A stretch of 62,398 nt of DNA, filler included, from Asterionella formosa (taxonomy: Eukaryota), in assembly GCA_002256025.1 (NCBI GenBank). It is 6 parts of 6 records of this genome, joined end to end, with 100 filler letters (N's around TTAATTAATTAA, not from the genome) between each part and the next. Parts side by side here need not be neighbours in the genome. Positions count along the whole stretch, not along the records: positions 27,710 to 55,223 come from NKIB01001465.1; positions 55,324 to 57,017 come from NKIB01001469.1; positions 57,118 to 58,811 come from NKIB01001470.1; positions 58,912 to 60,605 come from NKIB01001471.1; 2 more parts are not named here. The stretch is one strand, 5' to 3'. Under the pieces are notes generated by a model. That model saw nothing but the letters and a program-made list of their open reading frames with translations. It had not been told where the DNA came from and did no database searches. Shown here piece after piece: positions 48,322 through 59,201 of this stretch; positions within the stretch are counted from its first letter, which is position 1; each line of letters opens with the position of its first letter. The position numbers were made by a program, and so were the translations under genes.

Positions 48322-49785
48322 CTACGCTGGCGGTTCCTGATGAGAGCTATCCGAGTTGTTGGCCATACCCACTTCCACCGTATTTTTATCCACCTGTTCC
48401 AATACAGGTGTCTTACAAAGTGGACAACACCCTTGGCGTTCCGTCAGCCAAGGTTTTATGCATTCCAAATGAAAGCAGTGACGACATTTGGGCAGGACTC
48501 GAATACTTTCACCCTCTTCAAAATCATCGATACAAATGGAGCACATGGTACAGCATATAGCGTATTCTGTGCCGTTTCTGTTGGGACTTGTGCTTGGGGT
48601 AACGTTGTTCGTAGTGGTGGAAATTTCTGGCGTGCTCGGAATATGCTCAGAAACTGGCATATTTACCTCCGAACATTCAGGTGGTGTTAATGCCGCTTCG
48701 GCTGGCGCACATGCATCTCCTCTTACCACTTGCTCTGGAGTTATTGGGACATGGATTTCGCGATCGACAGGAGGGTTGCCTTCTGGCGCTTCAGAATTGC
48801 GTACTGGAGTTTGCTGTGGCGCACTAATAGATTCATTATCTTGTGACAGCGCATGATATGCAACTTCCGGCAAGGCCAAGACTTGGGCTTCAGTCAATTG
48901 ACTATCAACCCTATCAGTAACTTGCTCCGCAGCACCAAACGCATACCAGTAGGGCATGGGCCGCACGTATTGAAGTCCAACAATTCGGCCCTCGTTATTT
49001 CTGCGAAAAATGATACGGCCACCAAAGGCATACCAAAGAAACAAGAATCGTATACAGGGCGAACAAATCAAGAGAGAAAATAATATAAAGCGAAGCCAGT
49101 GAAATGCATTATTGGGCCTTGATGTCCCGGCCGAGGAAGGTCCCGTACCAGGAGGCTGTGAGTACTTTTCGATCAAGATAGGAAGTGACCCAAGGTGAGT
49201 TTCGTTTCTTCCGAAATATGGACTAGCACCTTCCGAATCGCCATTTGCAACTACGAGGCTCAAGATTCTGGACCCGCTTGCCGTGCCTACAAAAATGAAC
49301 CCAAGGCTGTCCAATTCCGACAAGCTTTGATTATCAGCAGAAGATGACATGACCAGAAGATCCTCTGATTGATTCGGTTTGTTATTGTACACGACAATGT
49401 ACTTAAGCTGACTTGAAATGTTTTTCTGGATTTCAAGAGCAACTCGAGCTTTCTGATCAAAGGAACACTCTCCTCGACTGACGAGTAAAGCTAAAGGAAA
49501 ATCAGTTTGGTAAATTACACCTTTGACAATCCTGTTCAACAAGTCATCCGGAAACTTGCAAAGCGTTTGATCGCCTGGAGGAAGAAATAAGTTTGCAACA
49601 TAGCCCTTCTCGTCTTGAAGTCGATCCCCAAAATTAGCTATTTGACTAGGATAAGAAAATTCTCGTTGACTGTTCTTCAATACAGAGAGGATAGCGGGGC
49701 CACCAAAGGCTTCGCTATGAACTAGCTGAAAACACAAGCATGACGACAGTGCTCCAGCAAATAGAATGTGTACTCGAGATCTCAT
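48322..49785 (-). CDS. PA-TM-RING-H2 E3 ubiquitin ligase (RNF13/RMR-like)
   Basis: Signal peptide, PA domain ALLVSRGECSFDQKA...IVVYNN, TM helix, RING-H2 CSICIDDF...LPKCRHCFHLECIKPWL...CCPLCK. Confidence 0.92.
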   Translation of the reverse strand: MRSRVHILFAGALSSCLCFQLVHSEAFGGPAILSVLKNSQREFSYPSQIANFGDRLQDEKGYVANLFLPPGDQTLCKFPDDLLNRIVKGVIYQTDFPLALLVSRGECSFDQKARVALEIQKNISSQLKYIVVYNNKPNQSEDLLVMSSSADNQSLSELDSLGFIFVGTASGSRILSLVVANGDSEGASPYFGRNETHLGSLPILIEKYSQPPGTGPSSAGTSRPNNAFHWLRFILFSLLICSPCIRFLFLWYAFGGRIIFRRNNEGRIVGLQYVRPMPYWYAFGAAEQVTDRVDSQLTEAQVLALPEVAYHALSQDNESISAPQQTPVRNSEAPEGNPPVDREIHVPITPEQVVRGDACAPAEAALTPPECSEVNMPVSEHIPSTPEISTTTNNVTPSTSPNRNGTEYAICCTMCSICIDDFEEGESIRVLPKCRHCFHLECIKPWLTERQGCCPLCKTPVLEQVDKNTVEVGMANNSDSSHQEPPA

Positions 49786-50604
49786 TGCTCTCTCTTCTCG
49801 TTCGACTTCGGTAGGAGATGAATTATTGCGGGGGAGAAGAAGTCAGCTTGTCAAGCGCCATTTCACAATTATGTTTGGCGTAATTATATATTCATAGTTG
49901 TGGAACAGTAACCTTCACATGATACTATCGCTTATCTAACGTGTAGGACTTGAGGTACCGGTACCTGGTACCAGGTTCTACCAGCTACTTGGTGGCTGAA
50001 ACTGTAAAAGGGACTCCTAACAATACAGATGTGTGTGAGTCGATCGTACGAAAGAATTCCGGAATCATATCATACGGACATAGACACCGGTACCGGTATG
50101 CATATGCCATGAATTATATGTAGTATATGTGTCTCGAATACCGGTATGCTGCCAACACTCCTGCGCTTGCTTGCGTTTTCGCAAATTGCTTCTCTTCCCA
50201 CGGTACCAGGTAGTTGGAATCCCTTTGTATTCCATCACTACCGGTATCCATGATTAATTTACCCGTATCAAGTGGCATGCATACCGGTATCATGCATGCT
50301 CATTCCTGAATAAAAATCAAATATATACAACCGGTATGTGCGACGTTGAAGAAATAGAGTGCATCGTTTTCAGGACGAGGAAGGAATTAAAACATTGTTG
50401 GGTACCTGGTACGGGTTCCAGGTACCAGTGCATAAATGATGTACAATCATTTTGGAATTCAACGCATGCTGACATGGTTACAATCTACGTAGTTTGTAAA
50501 ATATCTCTACTTACTCCTTGAACGTGCGTAAGAAGGTATGTAGGCACCAGTAGTATCGGTAATCAGAATCATGGGGAGTTTGTTTGCCTCAACAGGAATA
50601 GCAA

Positions 50605-50790
50605 GGTACCGGTAGGTCTACTCGGAGTACCCTGGTATCAGGTACGAGTACCCGGGACCAGGTACCTGGTACTCCGAGTAACGGTAACTGATGGACCTGA
50701 TACCTGGTACCGCTGCCTTGTACTGGAACCAGGTACTAGGTACATACTACATCAGCGCATCTATTGAAGCCCAGAAATATCTGTACCGGT
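50605..50790. promoter_or_regulatory. Dense cluster of GGTACC / TACCWGGTA / TACCGGTA palindromic motifs (representative of many upstream clusters)
   Basis: Many overlapping copies here. Similar clusters at ~411-445, 13183-13350, 19130-19610, 24000-24305, 25405-25445, 29108-29310, 36930-37690, 49955-50430, 52710-52740, 58520-58811. Regulatory role is inferred from position only. Confidence 0.45.
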
Positions 50791-52908
50791 AATCATAGTA
50801 CAGGTATGACTTGTCAATAAATCTCTATGTAACAACAGTAAACAGAATAAGCTGTACTGGTAATTGTTTTCAACAAATCTTTAAATTTCTTATCATATCA
50901 ATATTGAATCTAGGAACTACCATCCAATTGCAAATTCCGAACTTAATTCAATTTGAATTGTTCATATTACATCAGCACATCTATTGAAGCCCAGATTTGT
51001 CTTGTTCATTGAATTTTTCTGCAATATTGGTTGCTTGAAACAGAAAGTGGAACAACTAGCTTCCCTTCTGCTTTGAGAATGCATGAATTATTTTTTACAT
51101 AGACTACCAATATAGTTATATATGTATGCACTCTATCTAAATAAAATATCTATTTAAAAAAGCTAAACTTCTTTAGGCCGACACTTTTGTTGCTGTTATC
51201 AATTATTTACAGATCAGAGTTGATTATTTAGCATCAGCTTTTAGACAGTGTACCATTGACTAAATATTGGTCCTAGATGTCTATCTGATTCATGACTCTG
51301 GATTAACGTACATTGTTGCACTATGCATCTTTAAATGTCAGATCCATCGAGTTACTTGGTAGCTACCTTAGTAGAGCTTGTTGATATAGTTAACTTTGCT
51401 AAATGGTTTTGGTTAATTATAGCTATTTGCATAGTCTGATGTGTAGGTAATGCTATCTCCATCTACCATAGGCAACAGACCCTGAATTATTCCAATGCAA
51501 TCAAGCACTTCTCTCAACACAAGGGAATCTGAAGGAAGGTTCAAATCTTTGCAGTCCCATCCAACTTCTTCATCAAAATCCTAAATTCGTCTAGATTCTG
51601 CATTCCTCTTTTACATTCAAACCAAATAACATTTTGGCCAACACTTATGGTTGCAAAGTTCACATCCCAATGGACCAATTTTTTAGTAGACTATATTCTT
51701 CACTTGCTCCCAAAAATGCCGAAGTCGAAATTTAATTGAGTCTGTGCACAGTTGGAACCGGCAACCACAGAACACACCGTAAAATTACTTCATGTGGAAG
51801 CAAGAACAATTCTGACAAACAAAGACTGCCTTGATGAATCAACCTTGTCAGCACCAATAGGTTCACTTTTTATCATTTCAGTCTTTGCCCTTATGCCATT
51901 CAACTGGTCCTTAAGCCCCTCTAAACTTTACCCAATAATCCACTGAATCAACTCAACCAATCAAGACTCCGAAAATACACCTCCAAAAGTCCGATCATCA
52001 AGCATATTTTCAAATTCCTTTATTAACATATGCCAATACTAGTGTATAAATCGCCCAGGAAATGACAAAGATACAAAGAAAGGAGATTTCGCCATCATGC
52101 ACCAAATTGATGCAGCCACCTACATTGATGCTTGTCTGCAGTATATTTAACAGTGATTTCCTCAAAATGAGCATACTGTGGTTTTCTTACTTCCCACTAT
52201 GCTTCCAACCATTGCCACTTTCGGGGTTGTGCATTTCATAATTGAACTTTAGTTACTGTTGTTCTACTGTTATGTCTTACTTTGTACATAGTATGTTGCT
52301 TGAGAATAGATGGTTCGAAGAAAAATGGGTCCTCATGCATCTGCATTTTTAGCTTGAGATAGCCATCAGTGAAAATCGAAAAACTTAAAACTTTTTTTGT
52401 CACATACCAGTAGTTGCCAATTTTAAATTTACTACATAAATATTATACATGGATCCGTAGATTATGTAATTGCGCACATTAGGGCAATTGAGCCGGAGAA
52501 AATCATTGGTATCAAAATTGCCCCGGAGAAATTTTAACAACTGCAGAAATTATTTTCAACCAGAGGAGTTTCTGTTACCAGCAATCTACTGTTTGTCGCC
52601 TTCGCTTTGTTGTTTTGAGGATGATTCATATACGACACTGTACTCCTGCCTATCGGAACTCGGCCTGATCGAGATGATTTCTTTTGTAGTGCTTCTTGTT
52701 CGGATACGGTGGTACCTTTTAGCTGGAAAACCTACCGGTACTCAATTGGCCTCGAAGTCCTACGTGCATCATAATGGATATATTATACTGTATTTATTTA
52801 CGTACGGGAGAATATATAAGTATATATTTATACTCCTCATAACATAGTGCAACATCCAGCATCATTGTTACTGTTTCTTAGATCCACTTCTTTCGCGAAG
52901 GTTGATCA

Positions 52909-54276
52909 ATGACCTCCTCCTACTCAAAGCATTGGCATTGTGCTCATGAAAATGACGGCAAGGCGCACTATGGTGGCCGTGACACGGTTGGGTATGGGCG
53001 AGGTGCTCCAAATCCGCATTGGCCCAAGAAGGCAAAGGTTAGTGGTTCTATTTGATATTCGTAGAAAGTCCCGACAATATAGAACTTCCCTTCCTCAAAA
53101 CTCAATCTTTTCCTACTTTCAGGTCGCTCTCAACTTTGTAATCAACTACGAGGAAGGAGGTGAGATGTGCCTTCTCCATGGGGACAGCGAGAGTGAAAAA
53201 CTCCTGACAGAAATCGTCGGAGCTAGTGCTTATGGTGAGTCTCGCGGTCCGCAAATTGACCTGTCAACTATTACGTTAGTATGCATTAACTCTTGCGAAT
53301 CGTAGACAACCAAAGGCATGTGAACATTGAGTCCTTGTACGATTATGGATCCCGGGCGGGTTTTTGGCGCTTGCATCGCCTGTTCACATCGCGCAAGCTC
53401 CCTTGCACCGTCTTTGCCGTCGGTATGGCCCTGGAACGGAACCCGCAAGTATGCGGCGCCATGATTGAAGCAGGATGGGAAGTAGCGTCGCATGGATATC
53501 GTTGGATTGACTACCAGAATGTGGATTTAGAAACTGAGAAGGAACATATCCACAGAACTGTGGAAATCCACGAGCGACTCTTGGGGCGGCGACCAGTTGG
53601 CATGTATCAAGGAAAGGTGAGTGACTCGCTCTCGTCGAACTCATGAGGAAGGATTCCTAGTCGGTTATTAATCTTGTAATATTTAGCCCAACAGTAACAC
53701 CCGAAAGCTGGTGGTTGAAGAAGGAGGCTTTCTTTATGATTCGGACAGCTACGCAGATGACTTGCCCTACTGGGACATGGATCATGGTTCGCCTCATCTT
53801 ATCATTCCATATACATTAAGTGAAAACGATATGCGATTTGTCAGCCCGAATGGCTTCTCAACTGGGAAAGACTTTGCTGAATACCTGAAATCTACGCTCA
53901 AGTGAGTTCGTTTGGAGCCTTCAATCGTTTTCCCATTCGACTTGTCGTCTCATGTGCATGATATCCCCCTTCCTTCCCACCTAGATATTTGATTGACGAA
54001 GGCAAGTCTGGACACCCCAGGATGATGACTGTAGGCTTACATTGTCGGTTGATTGGAAGACCCGGACGAGCTGCTGGATTAGCAGACTTTATGGATTTCG
54101 TCAAGACCCATAATCATGACGTGTGGGTCTGCACACGGGAAGAGATCGCAAAACATTGGTATGACAACCACTACCCACGCGGAGGAGGTACTCAGAGTCC
54201 CGTGAAAATGGAGCCGGCACCCTCTCATCTAATCAGCAAAATGGATTCAATCTATTTGGAAGAATCGAACAAATAA
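52909..54276 (+). CDS. puuE: PuuE-type allantoinase (polysaccharide deacetylase fold; 5 exons, ~352 aa)
   Basis: Exons 52909-53037, 53123-53234, 53306-53616, 53687-53901, 53985-54276. RDTVGYG...P.WP..AKVALNFVINYEEGGE, ESLYDYGSRAGFWR, ASHGYRWIDY, SDSYADDLPYW, GLHCRLIGRPGR. Confidence 0.92.
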
Positions 54277-54592
54277 TGTTGGGAAACTGTGCCGCCAGTC
54301 AATGATTGTTGGTATGTGAGCAATCAACTGCTGGCGTATCCATGATGCCTTTTTGGTACTTCTGCTTTCTTTGTTAATTACATCACTCCTTTCTCCGCCA
54401 TTAGATATTGCAGGGTTTTTCTAGTAAAGAAGAATAAAAATAGCTGTAATTATAACTTGGTCCTGGCAGCACGGTAAGCAATCTGCTGCTTTTCTATGTT
54501 ATTCATAATTCATTCTTCAGAGTATATCATACCTGGAAATGCTTAATTTGAACCACAAGGAGATCCACCTGATGTGTGGTTCTGCTTATATT

Positions 54593-55223
54593 GGGCACGC
54601 TCTGATAATAAAAAATTATTATATCATGTGTATTATAACACAAATCGTTGTACCCATAACCCCAAAATTTGTGTTTGTGTTGACCAAATTTGGTAATCCT
54701 GGTAAGCACCTCACAAATTTTTTACAGTTATAAATAACAGTGCATTATATATAAAGATGTTTAGACATGAATGACTATATAGAATTTCCCGGAATATTTC
54801 AAGACTTGCTTGCTCATACTCAAAATGGCTTGCTCTTGCCAAAATAGGTATGCATATACATATGCATATCGTTACAAAATAAATAAATCGTCATCGCTTT
54901 TAGATTTCGGCCATGTCTTCATCTTCTTCTGGTCAAAGGAGAGCAGCCATGGAGGACTTCCCTTCCTCTCCAAGGCTGCTTGAACGTCGCCGTCACCAGC
55001 AACAAGAACAACAAGAACAGACTCAACCAGAAGAAGAGGAGGAGGACGACGACAAGAATGAAGATGACACTGGTGCTGATGAGTTTGCCAGTGACAATGA
55101 GGACAGTAGGATGGGTGTCCCAGGTGTTTCTCAGATTGGTGTTTCTGGGGTTACTCAGTCCCCATCAAGGAAAAACAACGATTTTTCACGTGCTCCTACT
55201 AGTTCAGTTTCAAGAACAGCAAC
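54593..55223 (+). mobile_element. 5' end of the same TIR transposon family as 26389-27609, with start of an acidic ORF (ATG 54913); truncated by the contig end
   Basis: TIR GGGCACGCTCTGATAATAAAAAATTATTATAT...ATAACACAAAT (54593-54645). ORF MSSSSSGQRRAAMEDF...EEEEEDDD stays open to the gap. Confidence 0.7.
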
Positions 55224-55944
55224 NNNNNNNNNNNNNNNNNNNNNNNNNNNNNNNNNNNNNNNNNNNNTTAATTAATTAANNNNNNNNNNNNNNNNNNNNN
55301 NNNNNNNNNNNNNNNNNNNNNNNATTGACATGTTGAGTTTGCCTCAGATTTCAGTTACAGTCAATTAATGCTCAAGCTACACACAATAAAATACCTGTCA
55401 ATCATCATAATGGCCTCTTATATACTAGCAGCTTTGGTTAGAATAGTGGCTTCCATTGAAGGAGTAGCTCTTTGCTGTTCCTCTGATGAAACCATGCATC
55501 ATGCTGGTCAGCGGTTGTTTCATCTCATTGTTGTAACCTTGTTGCTGAATGCGTTGATGAACAAGATGGTACAAGGGTTGTCTAATTGGTGAAAGAGGTG
55601 CAAGGTAGAGTCGATAATAAATGATGAAATTATAAGAGAGTTCTAAGCAGATATCTGCTACACATGTATAATGAGCTGTCATTGACTCGTTCTTGTCTGA
55701 AATTAACCTGTCTGATGTATTTATTCATTCATATATGCACGAATGGTGAGAATTACATATTTCCCTCAAACACAATTTTGTCAAAGCATCCAAATGTAAA
55801 CAAAAGAAACAAAGCTAGGAGTACTATCACAGCGATCCTACTAGCACTGGTAAGCACCCCCTCTCACCATTGAGGGTGACATATATTTACAGCCGCACAA
55901 TCTAATCAGACCCTTCTTGCTACCAAATCTCTACACGACTATAT

Positions 55945-56228
55945 GCAACGAGCTAAAAATACATGAAAGAATCAACAGAAACAACAAGAAACTCAAAAAG
56001 CTTGACAAAAATGAATGGAATTCAACAACATGCATCATTCAATTGAAGAGCGCATTTGTCGATATCCTGGCATCGGAATCGGGTCTGCACTGGCACTTTG
56101 AGCTGCACAATAACTACAGGGTACGCAATGAGCTACAAAATATGAAAGAATCAACAGAAACAACAAGAAACTCAAGGAGCTTGACGAATTGAATGGAATG
56201 CAACAACATGCATCATGAAATTGAGAGC
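55945..56228 (+). repeat. Direct repeat, 2 x ~105 bp
   Basis: GCAA.GAGCTA...ATGAAAGAATCAACAGAAACAACAAGAAACTCAA...CAACAACATGCATCAT at ~55945-56051 and ~56125-56228. Confidence 0.85.
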
Positions 56229-56302
56229 ATTCATAACTGTATTATCATATGAATCAAAATAACGGTTTTATATGATCAATAGGATTGCGATCATGAGTTA
56301 AC

Positions 56303-56432
56303 TTCTGGATAAAAGTGGCAGTTATCCCTCATAGATTCTTTAGTATCCTTCATAGCCCCTTTTTATCGACTATTTTCGGGATAGTTAGCCTAGTATGATT
56401 CCTTGAGGGATAACTGCCACTTCTCCCCAGAA
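56303..56432. repeat. MITE-like foldback with ~29-bp imperfect TIRs
   Basis: TTCTGGATAAAAGTGGCAGTTATCCCTCA vs TGAGGGATAACTGCCACTTCTCCCCAGAA, with a 19-bp perfect core. Confidence 0.7.
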
Positions 56433-56745
56433 ATAAGGTCCTTACCATATCTGAAGATAGAATACCCTTAAGTTGACCAATGGCTGTATCGAAGCATATG
56501 CAAAGTGGTGGTATTGGTGAAAGCTAATTTTACCTTGAACTTTTTTTTTAGTTGTATGTAATTTCTGGATTGAGGTACATCATAAAAGTATTTTGGGAAA
56601 ATACAGACCTCGCAATTCGTAACTCCGTGGCCACAACCTCACAAAGCTAATGGAGAAGGTATCAGGGACAGAGCATATAAGAACTGTTAAAAGGTCTTGT
56701 ACTCCTTCCCGTCTGACAGGTATCTTCTTACATAGGTCTTACCTA

Positions 56746-56991
56746 AAAAATAAAAAATGTCAATTAAATTTTTAAGTACATTAAAGCTATCCAATAATTG
56801 CACTCGGGCCCACCAAAGAGATGGACACAATTAGTACCAGTTTTATTCATCCGTACGGTACAACAGGACCTGTCTTTTTGTCAGTCGCACCCCCCAGAAC
56901 CCTAGTAGGGACTACATGAAAAAGACAGGTGGAGAATGCAGGAATCGAACCCGCCACCACAGTGGGTATGCTAACCACTAAGCCGTTCCCC
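56746..56991 (-). mobile_element. tRNA-derived SINE (~246 bp) with 17-bp TSD
   Basis: TSD TACATAGGTCTTACCTA at 56729-56745 and 56992-57008. Head GGGGAACGGCTTAGTGG (A box)...GCGGGTTCGATTCCTGC (B box/T-arm)ATTCTCCA, a 12-bp stem (56868-56879 with 56919-56930), and T-rich tail TGACATTTTTTATTTTT. Confidence 0.82.
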
Positions 56992-57117
56992 TACATAGGT
57001 CTTACCTATTTATATACNNNNNNNNNNNNNNNNNNNNNNNNNNNNNNNNNNNNNNNNNNNNTTAATTAATTAANNNNNNNNNNNNNNNNNNNNNNNNNNN
57101 NNNNNNNNNNNNNNNNN

Positions 57118-57800
57118 ATAACTTTTTTATTTTCTATGTTTTGAATCATAAAATTCTCCCATGCAGCCTGCACATAGCCTTTGAATGGCTTGTTGACGCC
57201 CACATCCAGTACTTGAGCGAAGCTGGGATGTGTAGCCAGGGGTTATATACTAGTCGACCTCAGTGCCACAAGATTTAATGGCATCTACACAATTGCCAAC
57301 TTTGTGGACCGCCCGAAAAGTCGTCTATTAGCAGGTAAGTTGTCTCTCCTAGGAATCCCTGAGTCCAGGGCTTCCAAACCTGCTCGATCCAATTCAAGAA
57401 GACAGCTTGGTGTACCCAAGCCCTGGCTTGGCAAGAGTATTTCACTGAAACCGGAAATTGGTTTGGTGGATTGATGGCTAACTGCCTGCTTATCTGTCCA
57501 TCACTGGTTCCCTTGAACGCAATGAATGAGTCTTCTTGTGTTCTGAGCAACATGTGTCACTGGCTTGCTGAAGAACAATATACCCTCTTTCATCATCCAT
57601 TGCTTGACCCTCTTTGACAGAACCACAAGAGAAACATTTTCGTTCCCAGCCACCCTTTTAAGCTCAATAGCGAGCGAGCATTTGAATGGTGCAGCATCAA
57701 TTTGCTACCTCAAACCATCAAAAGTTGACCGCAACATTTCGAACTCACCAACACTTTTTCCCACCCCACCTTGGTGAGCTGTTTTCTTATTCAAAATCTG
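57118..57800 (-). pseudogene. Degenerate pogo/Tigger-like DDE_1 transposase
   Basis: VTHVAQN, FIAFKG, CQARAWV...WIEQVWKPW, LLIDDF, QVLDVGVNKPFKGY, with stops, frameshifts and an apparent internal deletion. Confidence 0.8.
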
Positions 57801-58425
57801 CAAGAGCTGATGATTTGGTTGATTGCCATTGTCCTCGTCGCTGTCGTCTCTTCTTGGAACAGGCAAGGACCCAAACATGGTCCTCCATCGCCTCATCTGC
57901 TCAGGTAACACAGAATAGGCTCTTGTGGATGGCTTAATGTTGTTGGCTACGAAAACGCTTCTGCCAAAATTGTTTTCTTCTGCCTGAGGGAGATGAATTT
58001 TCTTGTCATGATGCCCAAATAAATAACACAATGTGGTTGGCTTGCAGAAATGCCGGCAAGACAGAACCTTGTAGAACCCACACAAGATAATATAGGTGTA
58101 GAAATAGGTATATGCAGCTACATCACTCTAAAATTTAGTATGTGGCTAGTGCTAATTTTTTGGCGCACAAACAAGTGTACCAAAATTAGGAAAATCAAAT
58201 CAAATGACCATAGAAGCTGATTCAACCAAGAACAATATTACTTTTTATGTACATTTGTATGTTTTGAACTATGGAGAATACAATGGGGATGATGTTTTGA
58301 TCAACTGAAGTGGGCAATGTCAAAATTGCCATTGTTCTATCTCCCCAACTAAGTAAATCTAGTTGTGGGTGTGTACATTTGAGGAGACGTGAGCATGGGA
58401 TTTACAGTAATACCTTTCGATTATG

Positions 58426-58527
58426 GTACCTGTAAGTTGCGATTATTTTGCTTGAACTAACATTTTAAGCTTGGATAAAGATAGCTAAATCTTTAGTTAC
58501 AGCAAAATTACTGCAACTTACCGGTAC
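58426..58527. repeat. ~100-bp foldback with ~35-bp imperfect arms
   Basis: GTACCTGTAAGTTGCGATTATTTTGCTTGAACTAA vs TTAGTTACAGCAAAATTACTGCAACTTACCGGTAC. Confidence 0.7.
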
Positions 58528-58568
58528 TTACCGGGTACTTGGAGTACTCAGAGTGCCAGGTAGACTCC

Positions 58569-58748
58569 TGTTGAAATATATGGCGCCTACTCTAGCATGC
58601 TCCAGTACTGCCCTGGAATGACCGGTCAAGATCTTTCTCATGCCGCTCGTCTGCAGATTCTTCTGCTATATAAATCCTGTCTATTTCCGTTTAGACATTC
58701 CTCAGACTACTTAGTCTTCGGACACCTGTCGACATCAACAGCCTAACA
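58569..58748. mobile_element. Solo LTR (180 bp) with 6-bp TSD GACTCC
   Basis: Begins TGTTG, ends TAACA, contains TATATAAA. GACTCC at 58563-58568 and 58749-58754. Confidence 0.72.
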
Positions 58749-58911
58749 GACTCCGAGGTACCAGGTACCAGGCACCCTGGCACTCGTACCTGGTACCTGG
58801 TACCTGGTACCNNNNNNNNNNNNNNNNNNNNNNNNNNNNNNNNNNNNNNNNNNNNTTAATTAATTAANNNNNNNNNNNNNNNNNNNNNNNNNNNNNNNNN
58901 NNNNNNNNNNN

Positions 58912-59153
58912 GCATGTGAAGTACCATATAATTAACACTCGTACGTAAACGAAATTTCGAAAAGTCAAATGAATTATTTGAAACATCAACTAATTCAGTC
59001 TCGCGTTCAAAATTCATTGTGAAAACTTCACATGAAACAGTTAAAACTTCACATGAAACCGTTAAAAGTAATCTTTTTTACGTGAAGAGTGGCATTAATG
59101 CATGTGAAGTACCACATAATTAACACTCATACGTAGACGAAATTTCGAAAAGT
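58912..59153 (+). repeat. Direct repeat, 2 x 54 bp, 188-bp period
   Basis: GCATGTGAAGTACCA.ATAATTAACACTC.TACGTA.ACGAAATTTCGAAAAGT at 58912-58965 and 59100-59153, with AAAACTTCACATGAAAC x2 between them. Confidence 0.85.
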
Positions 59154-59201
59154 GGCGTATTTCGCGTCTTAGATGAAGTGTAGACTTTTAGAGGGCACTT
59201 A

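Noticed and set aside
47859..48690. + strand ORFs of 106 and 150 aa, and similar antisense ORFs over HIRA, the hydrolase, the histidine kinase and copia
   Set aside because: Mostly shadow frames of well-supported opposite-strand genes; none has a recognisable motif.
51500..52200. Possible transposase debris on the minus strand
   Set aside because: Many stops and no motif I can identify confidently.
56930..56991. Functional tRNA gene
   Set aside because: Only ~62 nt with no proper D-stem or anticodon arm, and it sits inside a TSD-flanked insert.
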